The notes beneath the pieces are model-generated. The model was given only the letters and a program-made list of their open reading frames with translations, ran no database searches and was not told the origin of the DNA. Positions 1 to 10,047 of a stretch of 32,000 nt of DNA are shown here, in pieces; the first letter of the stretch is position 1, and each line of letters opens with the position of its first letter. The translations under genes were made by a program, and so were the position numbers. The DNA comes from Pseudomonas aeruginosa (GTDB lineage Bacteria; Pseudomonadota; Gammaproteobacteria; Pseudomonadales; Pseudomonadaceae), in contig NZ_LN831024.1 of assembly GCF_001457615.1 (NCBI RefSeq), positions 2,160,001-2,192,000 on the forward strand, given 5' to 3'.

Positions 1-108
1 CTGGTGGCCCACGAAGCCAAGCCGCGCAAGATCGACGTGGCCCTGTCGAACTCGTTCGGTTTCGGCGGGACCAACGGCACCCTGGTGTTCCGCAGGTTCG
101 CCGACTGA
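1..108 (+). CDS. fabF: 3' end of beta-ketoacyl-ACP synthase II (partial, runs off the window start)
   Basis: Frame-1 translation LVAHEAKPRKIDVALSNSFGFGGTNGTLVFRRFAD* carries the conserved KAS C-terminus SNSFGFGGTN. The TGA at 106-108 overlaps the next ATG by 1 nt. Confidence 0.8.
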   Translation: MVAHEAKPRKIDVALSNSFGFGGTNGTLVFRRFAD

Positions 109-923
109 TGCTGGACTGGGTCGACGGCCGGCCCGCCGCCGAGCTGTCCGTGCGCGATCGCGGACTGGCCTATGGCGACGGGCTGTTCGAGACCCTGGCG
201 GTGCGCGCCGGCACGCCGCGTCTCCTGGAGCGCCACCTGGCGCGCCTGGAAGAGGGGTGTCGGCGCCTGGCGATCCCTCTCGACGCCGCGGCGTTGCGCC
301 AGGAGTTGCTGGCGTTCTGCGCGGCGCTGGGCGACGGTGTCGCCAAGCTGATCGTCACCCGCGGCGAGGGTTTGCGTGGCTACGCGCCGCCTGCCGAGGC
401 CTCGCCGCGGCGAATCCTCTCCGGATCGCCGCGTCCGGCCTATCCCGAGCGCCACTGGCAGCAAGGTGTGCGCCTGTTCGCCTGCCGCACGCGCCTGGCC
501 GAGCAGCCCCTGCTGGCCGGCCTCAAGCACCTCAATCGCCTGGAGCAGGTCCTCGCCCGTGCCGAGTGGAGCGACGCCGGGCATGCCGAAGGGCTCATGC
601 TGGACGTGCACGAGCGGGTAGTGGAGGGCGTGTTCAGCAACCTGCTGCTGGTTCTCGACGGCACCCTCGTGGCGCCTGACCTGCGGCGCTGCGGCGTCGC
701 GGGAGTGATGCGCGCGGAATTGCTCGAGCGCGCCGAAGGAATCGGCGTCCCGCTGGCGATACGGGATGTTTCCATGGCTGAACTGGCGACGGCCGACGAG
801 GTCTTTCTGTGCAACAGCCAGTTCGGCATCTGGCCGGTCCGGGCATTGGACGAGCACGTCTGGCCGGTCGGCGAGCTGACCCGTAAACTGCAAGACCAAC
901 TTCGCGACGACCTGGATTTCTGA
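108..923 (+). CDS. pabC: aminodeoxychorismate lyase (class IV aminotransferase fold)
   Basis: 271-aa ORF. The N-terminus RDRGLAYGDGLFETL is typical of PabC/IlvE-fold enzymes. Position fabF-pabC-mltG-tmk-holB is a conserved gammaproteobacterial cluster. Confidence 0.85.
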   Translation: MLDWVDGRPAAELSVRDRGLAYGDGLFETLAVRAGTPRLLERHLARLEEGCRRLAIPLDAAALRQELLAFCAALGDGVAKLIVTRGEGLRGYAPPAEASPRRILSGSPRPAYPERHWQQGVRLFACRTRLAEQPLLAGLKHLNRLEQVLARAEWSDAGHAEGLMLDVHERVVEGVFSNLLLVLDGTLVAPDLRRCGVAGVMRAELLERAEGIGVPLAIRDVSMAELATADEVFLCNSQFGIWPVRALDEHVWPVGELTRKLQDQLRDDLDF

Positions 924-925
924 CT

Positions 926-3618
<2,693 letters not shown>

Positions 3619-3651
3619 AATCCCGCTGATATTCGACTGGCAGGAACCTGC

Positions 3652-4008
3652 ATGAGTTTGCCACCCAATCTGGGGCCGCGTAACGGCATCCTGTCCTTGA
3701 CCATCAAGGACAAGTCCGTGCTGTACGCCGCCTACATGCCGTTCATCAGGAACGGCGGGCTGTTCATTCCCACCAACAAGAACTACAAGCTCGGCGACGA
3801 AGTCTTCATGCTGCTCAACCTGATGGAAGAGCCGGAGAAGATCCCGGTGGCCGGCAAGGTCGTCTGGATCACCCCGAAGGGCGCCCAGGGCAACCGTGCG
3901 GCGGGCATCGGCGTGCAGTTCAACGACGGTGACAACACCGCCCGCAACAAGATCGAAACCTACCTGGCCGGGGCGCTGAAGTCGGACCGGCCGACCCACA
4001 CGATGTAA
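3652..4008 (+). CDS. pilZ: type IV pilus assembly protein PilZ
   Basis: 118-aa PilZ-domain protein (GGLFIPT...GIGVQF) directly downstream of holB, as I recall for P. aeruginosa. Confidence 0.85.
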   Translation: MSLPPNLGPRNGILSLTIKDKSVLYAAYMPFIRNGGLFIPTNKNYKLGDEVFMLLNLMEEPEKIPVAGKVVWITPKGAQGNRAAGIGVQFNDGDNTARNKIETYLAGALKSDRPTHTM

Positions 4009-4022
4009 CGCTAGACAGGATC

Positions 4023-4799
4023 ATGCTGGTCGATTCCCACTGCCACCTCGATCGCCTCGACCTGGCCGCCCATGGCGGCTCGCTCGATGCGGCGCTGGAT
4101 GCCGCGCGAGCGCGTGGCGTCGGTCAATTCCTCTGCATCGGCGTCAGCGCCGACAATGCCCAGGCGGTGAAGGCCCTGGCCGAGCGCTATGCCGACGTGC
4201 ACTGTTCGGTGGGCGTGCACCCGCTGGACCTGGAGCCCGGAAGCGCGCCAGCGCTGGACTGGCTGCTGGGCGAACTGGCGCATCCGCGGGTGGTGGCGAT
4301 CGGCGAGACCGGCCTCGACTACCACTACGAACCGGAAGCCGCCGAGTTGCAACAGGAGGCGTTTCGCCTGCACCTGGAAGCCGCGCGGATCACCGCCAAG
4401 CCAGTGATCGTGCACACCCGCGAGGCGCGCGCCGACACGCTGGCGCTGCTGCGCGAGGCTGCGTTGCCGCAGGCCGGCGTGCTGCATTGCTTCACCGAGG
4501 ACTGGGAAATGGCGCGATCGGCGCTGGACCTGGGCTTCTACATTTCCCTGTCCGGCATCGTCACCTTCCGCAATGCCGATGCCCTGCGCGAGGTGGCTCG
4601 CCAGGTACCGGCCGACCGGCTGTTGGTGGAGACCGACTCGCCCTACCTGGCGCCGATTCCCCATCGCGGCAAGCCGAACCTGCCGGAATACGTGCGCGAT
4701 GTCGCCGAATTCCTCGCGACGTTGCGTGGCGTCGGCCTGGAAACCCTGGCGGAGCAGACTACCGCCAATTTCCATCGGCTGTTTCCGTTGGCCCGCTAG
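4023..4799 (+). CDS. TatD-family metal-dependent hydrolase/DNase (YcfH-like)
   Basis: 258 aa. N-terminal DSHCHLD, IGETGLDYHY and ETDSPYLAP motifs are characteristic of the TatD family. Confidence 0.9.
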   Translation: MLVDSHCHLDRLDLAAHGGSLDAALDAARARGVGQFLCIGVSADNAQAVKALAERYADVHCSVGVHPLDLEPGSAPALDWLLGELAHPRVVAIGETGLDYHYEPEAAELQQEAFRLHLEAARITAKPVIVHTREARADTLALLREAALPQAGVLHCFTEDWEMARSALDLGFYISLSGIVTFRNADALREVARQVPADRLLVETDSPYLAPIPHRGKPNLPEYVRDVAEFLATLRGVGLETLAEQTTANFHRLFPLAR

Positions 4800-4813
4800 G
4801 CCGGCGCACGGAT

Positions 4814-4936
4814 AAAAAAAACCCGGGTTCTGGGGGATGAATCCGGGTCAAGACCATTAGGAGTGGAACAAAGGTACGCATTCCTCGGTACCTTCACTGG
4901 CTGGGTACTTGGGGGGAGATACCGCGCGCCAGTACC
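4814..4936 (-). ncRNA. rgsA: candidate RgsA (P16)-type small RNA
   Basis: Intergenic between the TatD-family gene and the aminotransferase, where I recall RgsA (about 120 nt) in P. aeruginosa. On the minus strand a CAATACT -10-like box (complement of 4941-4947) sits about 5-7 nt upstream of 4936. About 123 nt downstream is a hairpin ACCCGG...CCGGGT (4821-4848) followed by T8 (complement of 4814-4821). The strand call rests on these signals only. Confidence 0.5.
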
Positions 4937-4962
4937 TTTCAGTATTGGTCATGTTCGTGGGG

Positions 4963-4988
4963 CGTCCAGACAGGGCTGGCGGTTTTTT
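4963..4988 (+). terminator. weak intrinsic terminator-like hairpin plus T6 on the plus strand
   Basis: CCAG-acaggg-CTGG core stem with flanking GC pairs, followed by TTTTTT at 4983-4988. Would stop plus-strand read-through from the TatD gene. Confidence 0.35.
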
Positions 4989-5024
4989 AAACAGATTTGG
5001 AATACCCTTGCCGTCCTTGAGTAC

Positions 5025-6158
5025 CTAGGTGCCTGCGACCTGGCGCAAGATCGCCAGGGTATCGTCGATCACCGTCGAACTCGTGTAGAAGTGCGGGGAA
5101 AAACGGATACCTCCGCCACGCTGGGCGCAAATGACCCGTTCCTGGCGAAGCGTTTCGAAGAGTGTCCGATTGTCCTGGCCGTCCAGGCTGAAGGTCAGGA
5201 TGCCCGCGCGTCGGCTCGGGTTCCGCGGGCTGTGCAGGCGTACCCCGGGAATTCCCGACAGACCGTCCTGTAGCCACTGGACGCGCTCGGCGATGTCTCT
5301 GCCGACCCGCTCCATGCCGACCTCCTCCAACAGCCCCAGGCTGGCCTCCAGGGCCATCGCGCCGAGCATGTTCGGGCTGCCGCATTCGAAGCGCCGGGCG
5401 CTGCGCGCCGGCCGCCAGTCGCGACGCTCGTAATCGAGGGCATGTTCCAGCATGTGCCAGCCATATTCGTGCAGCGCCAGGCGCTCGCGCTGCTCGGGAT
5501 GGCAATAGAAGACGCCCAGCCCTTCGGGGCCGAGCATCCACTTGTGCCCATCGGCCATGGCGAAGGCACAATCGTAGGCCTGTACGTCGAAGGGCAGGGC
5601 GCCGAGCTGCTGGATCGCGTCGATGCAGAACAGCACCCCGCGGCGGCGACATCCCGCGCCGATGCGCTCCAGGTCAAGGCGCAGGCCGCTGGCGTACTGC
5701 ACCGCGCTGATCGACAGCAGGCGGGTGCGCGGGCCGCAGGCGGCGAGCAGGGCGCTCTCGGGATCGTCGCCGGCGAGACCGACCTCGACCACTTCGACGC
5801 CGCGCGGGCGCAAGGCTTCCCAGACCACTCTATTGGAGGGGAACTCCTCGTTGCCGATGACGACCTGGTCGCCCTCTCGCCAATCCAGGCCGAAGGCTAC
5901 GAAGGAAAGCGCCTCGGAGGTGTTCTTGACCAGGGCGAGGTCGCTGCCGGCGCGCGCATTGAGCAGTCGGGCAAGGCGCTCGCGCAGGCGATGTTCTATC
6001 TTCAGCCATTCCGGATAGTCGCTGGCGCCGTGGGCGACGTTCTCCCGGGCGAAGGCGCTCACCGCGTCGGCGGCGCGTCTAGGCCAGGGTGCGACCGCTG
6101 CGTGGTTGAGGTAGCGCAGACCGTTGGTCTGGTCGAATTCGTCCTGGTAACAATTCAT
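5025..6158 (-). CDS. class V aminotransferase / cysteine-desulfurase-like PLP enzyme
   Basis: Part of the 454-aa minus-strand ORF. I chose the internal ATG at 6158 (MNCYQDEF...). YLNHAAVAPWP at the N-terminus and a DGHKW-type PLP-lysine region (MADGHKWMLGPEG) fit this family. The upstream extension overlaps the divergent TetR gene, so it was rejected. Confidence 0.8.
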   Translation of the reverse strand: MNCYQDEFDQTNGLRYLNHAAVAPWPRRAADAVSAFARENVAHGASDYPEWLKIEHRLRERLARLLNARAGSDLALVKNTSEALSFVAFGLDWREGDQVVIGNEEFPSNRVVWEALRPRGVEVVEVGLAGDDPESALLAACGPRTRLLSISAVQYASGLRLDLERIGAGCRRRGVLFCIDAIQQLGALPFDVQAYDCAFAMADGHKWMLGPEGLGVFYCHPEQRERLALHEYGWHMLEHALDYERRDWRPARSARRFECGSPNMLGAMALEASLGLLEEVGMERVGRDIAERVQWLQDGLSGIPGVRLHSPRNPSRRAGILTFSLDGQDNRTLFETLRQERVICAQRGGGIRFSPHFYTSSTVIDDTLAILRQVAGT

Positions 6159-6243
6159 CGTCGGATGTTCCGTGCATTTTCGTGCTGAATAGGCATAATA
6201 CGCGGCTTCGATTTTTGACTCATTTTGACCTGACAGTCTTTTT

Positions 6244-6882
6244 ATGCAGAAAGAGCCTCGCAAAGTTCGTGAATTTCGTCGCCGTGAACAGGAGATTCTC
6301 GATACCGCCCTCAAGCTGTTCCTCGAACAGGGGGAAGACAGCGTAACGGTCGAGATGATCGCGGATGCCGTCGGCATCGGCAAAGGCACGATCTACAAGC
6401 ACTTCAAGTCCAAGGCGGAGATCTACCTGCGCCTGATGCTGGACTACGAGCGCGATCTCGCCGCCCTGTTCCATTCCGAAGACGTAGCCCGCGACAAGGA
6501 AGCCCTGTCGCGCGCCTACTTCGAGTTCCGCATGCGCGATCCGCAGCGCTACCGCCTGTTCGACCGCCTGGAAGAGAAGGTGGTGAAGACCAGCCAGGTG
6601 CCGGAGATGGTCGAGGAGCTGCACAAGATCCGCGCCTCCAACTTCGAACGCCTGACCCAGCTGATCAAGGAGCGTATCGCCGACGGCAAGCTGGAGAACG
6701 TTCCGCCGTACTTCCATTATTGCGCTGCCTGGGCGTTGGTGCATGGCGCCGTGGCGCTGTACCACTCGCCGTTCTGGCGCGAGGTGCTGGAAGACCAGGA
6801 AGGTTTCTTCCACTTCCTGATGGATATCGGCGTGCGCATGGGCAACAAGCGCAAGCGCGAAGGCGACGCTCCCAGCGCCTGA
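6244..6882 (+). CDS. TetR-family transcriptional regulator
   Basis: 212 aa. N-terminal TetR HTH (VTVEMIADAVGIGKGTIYKHFKSK). Divergent from the aminotransferase. Confidence 0.85.
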   Translation: MQKEPRKVREFRRREQEILDTALKLFLEQGEDSVTVEMIADAVGIGKGTIYKHFKSKAEIYLRLMLDYERDLAALFHSEDVARDKEALSRAYFEFRMRDPQRYRLFDRLEEKVVKTSQVPEMVEELHKIRASNFERLTQLIKERIADGKLENVPPYFHYCAAWALVHGAVALYHSPFWREVLEDQEGFFHFLMDIGVRMGNKRKREGDAPSA

Positions 6883-7031
6883 TGCCTGTGGTGCCGGGAC
6901 GCAGTCACTGCGCCCCGCGCACTCTTTGCCGGCAGGGATATACTCGTCGCCCATCGATCCGCCGGCGGGACGTCGGCTGCCCATTTCCGGCGAATCCGCC
7001 GGCGGCTCCACGTTCGTTCAGGAGTTCTCCG

Positions 7032-7157
7032 ATGAGTGTCCGTGAATTCCCTATCCACTACATCGAACCGGTGTTCCGGCCCCCGAGCGAGGCGCATTCG
7101 CTGATCCTCCCGGTGACCAATGGCTGTTCCTGGAACAAATGCGGCTTTTGCGATTAG
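7032..7157 (+). pseudogene. radical-SAM protein, N-terminal fragment (41 codons) truncated by the insertion
   Basis: MSVREFPIHYIEPVFRPPSEAHSLILPVTNGCSWNKCGFCD*. The Cys cluster CSWNKCGFC is followed at once by a TAG that lies in inserted DNA. The matching C-terminal fragment is at 18329-19105. Confidence 0.8.
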
Positions 7158-7869
7158 TTATCCCTAAGTGAGTCCCTAGAAATCATCGAAAAACTCTAGT
7201 TCCCTGCGGTTTGGAGGTTAATTCTCGACTCCATGGCCTGTTGGTCTGCTCTCCCCCCTGCAGGAGTTACCCCAGAGAAGTACACGTTTTCCCAAACCGC
7301 ATAAGCACAAAGTCATAGCGTAGGAATCATGTCGCTCAGGTCGCATCAGGGCCGGCCAGGAGCGACAGGCCTCATGGGCAGTTTCGCCTGACAGTGGTGA
7401 CGACAGCGGTTGTCCTCTCGCTGACCATCTGATCCGGCTTGCGCATAATTAGTGCAGCCTACGTAAATGCGAATTGCTTTGTGCTGACCTGGGCAGAAAT
7501 CTTGGGTCGCCGCTCTGCTGGGTGGTAGTAACTGCATTGAGTTGAGTTGCGGCGCCAGGGGCGTCCTCATCATTCTGGTTGAGTCACTAACCAGAGTTCA
7601 CGTTATGCTCACTCCACTCAACCTCTTCGATGTCATTAAATACACCGACTCATCACACTTCGCCGTTCAGAGGGCGTGGTGTTTTCATGGCTTTCGAGAG
7701 GGTGCTCTACAAAAGCTATCGTCCCCCGTTCAAGGTTTGGGGGAGTGATCCATGCCAACAGTCCTTGAGTCGTCCCACCAAGAGTTCAGATCCTTCGTGG
7801 TCGATGCGACTGGCATACAGCATGTCCTGCCGGTCATCGTTGACCTGCCCCCAGTTTTAGTACCGCTGC

Positions 7870-8711
7870 CTAGTTAGTAGGCCCTGGGGTTGATATTAAT
7901 TTTTCCTGCTTCAGTTGCTGCTGGCGAGTTCGCCAACTTGCAGCAAATTCTGCCGGGGTGAGATTGCCAATCGCGCTGTGCGGTCGGTGTTCGTTGTAAT
8001 CCCGCCGCCAGGCCGCAATGCGGATTCTCGCTTCGGCCAGCGAACAGAACCAGTGCTCATTGAGGCATTCGTCCCGGAACTTACCGTTGAACGACTCGAT
8101 GAAGGCATTCTGCGTGGGCTTACCAGGCTGAGCTTGATGTCGCGCTGATAGGCCCATTGATCGAGTGCCTTGCCGGTGAACTCGGGCCCCTGGTCGGTGC
8201 GGATCGCTTTCGGGTAGCCGCGAAACCGCGCCATCTCGTCCAGCGCCCGTGTGACACGAAAGCCGCTGATACCGTGCTCCACCAGGATGCCGACCGACTC
8301 CTTGGTGAAGTCATCGACCACCGTCAGGCATTTGATCCGCCGCCCGGTGCTCAGTGCATCGAAGACGAAGTCCATCGACCAGACCTGGTTTGGTGCGCTC
8401 GGCAAACTCAGACGTTCGCGCTCCACCGCGACGCCATGGCGGCGGCGCCGCCGTTTCACCATCAAGCCGGCAGCGCGGTACAGGCGATAGATCCGCTTGT
8501 GGTTGACCTGCACGCCAGCACGCCGCAGCAGGATGTGCAGGCGGCGATAGCCAAAGCGCCGGCGCTCTTGGGCCAGTTCCACCAGTTGGGCTTGCAGCTC
8601 GGTGTTTTGCACACTGGCTCGCGGCTGGTAGCGCAACACCGAGCGGGACAGCCCGATCAACTGACAGGCACGACGCTCGGAGATGCCGGTTCGCGCCTGC
8701 ATCTCCTGCAC
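7870..8711 (-). pseudogene. IS3-family transposase OrfB (DDE integrase core) with an extra frame break
   Basis: Two overlapping minus-strand ORFs. 7911-8711 carries ...WSMDF...TDQGPEF...AYQRDIKLSL and then nonsense. 7870-8157 carries QPGKPTQNAFIESFNGKFRDECLNEHWF.... The continuous sequence expected in intact elements needs a frame change near 8118-8135, upstream of the catalytic E region. Confidence 0.7.
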
Positions 8712-8734
8712 CGCCTCCCGCCGTGCTGTCGGGC

Positions 8735-8998
8735 TTACCCTTTTCCCCGGGCGACCACTTTCAGCGACTCGATGTCGAGGTGGGCCTCGGCGAGCAACTT
8801 CTTCAATCGGCTGTTTTCCAGTTCAAGATCCTTCAACCGTTTGGCGTCCGCCACGGTCATACCGCCAAACTTGGCCCGCCAGGTGTAGAACGAGGCATCA
8901 CTGAAGCCGTGTCGGCGACACAGTTCCTTCACCGGCACACCGGCCTCCGCCTGCTTGAGGAAGTCGAGAATCTGCTCTTCGGTAAAACGCTTTTTCAC
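8735..8998 (-). CDS. IS3-family transposase OrfA (HTH)
   Basis: 87 aa, MKKRFTEEQILDFLKQAEAGVPVKELCRRHGFSDASFYTWRAKFGGM.... This matches IS407-group OrfA proteins as I recall them. Ends at GGAAAAGGGTAA, where a -1 slip would fuse it to orfB (...RVSPTARREAVQEMQ...). Confidence 0.85.
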   Translation of the reverse strand: MKKRFTEEQILDFLKQAEAGVPVKELCRRHGFSDASFYTWRAKFGGMTVADAKRLKDLELENSRLKKLLAEAHLDIESLKVVARGKG

Positions 8999-9787
8999 TG
9001 CCGTCTCCTGCTCGGAAAACGGACTCTACTAAGTTTGACGTGGTACTGAAATCGGGGGGGCAGGTCATTCGTGCGCAACGTCTTCGCAGAGTTGGGGTCG
9101 CGTGCAGCGGTCGATAAAGCGCTCTCCAGGCTAGTGCAGTTAGGTTGCCTGGAGCGTGTAGCCCGCGGTGTCTATATGCGCCCCAAGCTAAGCGAGTACA
9201 CCAGCCAGCTGGTAAAGCCTAGTCCGCTAGCAATCATGAATGTCCTTTCCAAGGCGAATGGAGAGACGATTCAGATACATGGAGCTGAGGCCGTGCGCAG
9301 GTTGGGGCTCAGCACTCAGATGCAGGTGGTGCCGGTCTACTACACCAGCGGCAGAACCCGAGAAATCAAGGCTGGCAATGCTGTGGTTCGTCTCAATCAT
9401 GTTTCCAGTGATCGCTTGCAGCATGCCGGGAACAAGGTAGGCCTGGCGCTCACGGCGCTTTACTACCTCGGTAAAGATGGGGCGTGTCCCCACGCGCTTT
9501 CCAAAATAGCCGATACCCTGAGCCCGGACGAATTGACCACGCTGCTTGCCTGCAGAATGCCCAAATGGATGCGGGCGGCATTGGCTCCTTTCGCTGAAGA
9601 AGCATCACTGGCGGTGTCTTCGGGGCGCTAGCCAAAGCTTCCAGCACACCAGACCGAATGGATCGCAATGTTGGGTTGTGACCATTTGACTCAAGCCGGG
9701 TGCAACTTCATCGAAGCTATGTATTTGTGCTGTTAAGTTAAATGCAAAGGCAGTACATTTACGTGACTTTTTTGACGAGGCCCTGCC

Positions 9788-9976
9788 ATGTCACGCCTTA
9801 AGGACGAAACCCTTTCGATCCGCACCTCCGCTGAGATCAAGCAGCTTTTGCGTATGGCGGCTGATCGCGAACGCCGCTCGGTGGCATCGATGGTCGAGAT
9901 TTTGGTGCTGGAGTACGCGCGCAATCATGACTTGAGTCTGAACCACCCAGGCGGGGAGCCCAAGACGAATGCTTGA
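9788..9976 (+). CDS. ribbon-helix-helix (CopG/Arc/MetJ-like) small DNA-binding protein
   Basis: 62 aa. LSIRTSAEIKQLLRMAADRERRSVASMVEILVLEYA fits the strand-helix-helix pattern of RHH antitoxins/repressors. Ends 71 nt before the hsdR start. Confidence 0.6.
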   Translation: MSRLKDETLSIRTSAEIKQLLRMAADRERRSVASMVEILVLEYARNHDLSLNHPGGEPKTNA

Positions 9977-10047
9977 TGTGGCTCTGATTCGCCACAGGTA
10001 GCCGCCTATCCGCCACATCGAAGCCTCTATGACGGCAGGACTGATTC

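Larger units (their letters stand above)
7841..9068 (-). mobile_element. IS3-family insertion sequence, IS407 group (about 1.23 kb)
   Basis: Ends TGACCTGCCCCCAGTTTTAGTACC (7841-) and GGTACTGAAATCGGGGGGGCAGGTCA(T) (-9068) are imperfect inverted repeats. Flanking TCGT at 7837-7840 and 9069-9072 is a candidate 4-bp target duplication. orfA/orfB organisation with an A4G slippery site. The right boundary is uncertain by 1 nt. Confidence 0.8.
7752..9631 (+). pseudogene. DUF6088 / AbiEi-like wHTH protein gene interrupted by an IS element (5' part 7752-7840, 3' part 9073-9631)
   Basis: Strong SD GGGGGAG (7739-7745) 6 nt before ATG 7752. 29 codons run into the IS. Removing 7841-9072 restores one frame: ...HVLPVIV|RNVFAELGSRAAVDKALSRLVQLGCLERVARGVY... 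(about 215 aa). The 3' part has LGSRxAVDxALSRL...RGVY and GLSTQ motifs that I associate with DUF6088/AbiEi-type antitoxin domains. Confidence 0.65.

Noticed and set aside
4863-5273. 136-aa plus-strand ORF spanning the sRNA locus and the aminotransferase 3' end
   Set aside because: It overlaps a structured intergenic region with terminators and is antisense to a well-supported CDS. It has no motifs or SD.
7346-7860. Track ORFs 7346-7573 (-), 7542-7748 (+) and 7630-7860 (+) in the left arm of the islet
   Set aside because: They show no family resemblance, mutually overlap, and have no SD. 7630-7860 simply runs into the IS end. The only credible start here is ATG 7752, the DUF6088 fragment, which is in a different frame from 7630-7860.
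7837-9072. GACC (7842-7845) and GGTC (9063-9066) as a possible target-site duplication of the IS
   Set aside because: They are reverse complements of each other, not direct repeats, so they belong to the terminal inverted repeats (TGACCTGCCCCC...). The direct repeat TCGT outside them is the better duplication candidate. It requires the right end to include one extra T (9068).
9071-9631. Treating the GTG-9071 ORF as an intact 186-aa gene
   Set aside because: The GTG lies within 3 nt of the IS end and has no SD. The protein lacks the family N-terminal segment. An in-frame 29-codon fragment with a strong SD lies on the other side of the IS, so I called it an IS-split pseudogene.
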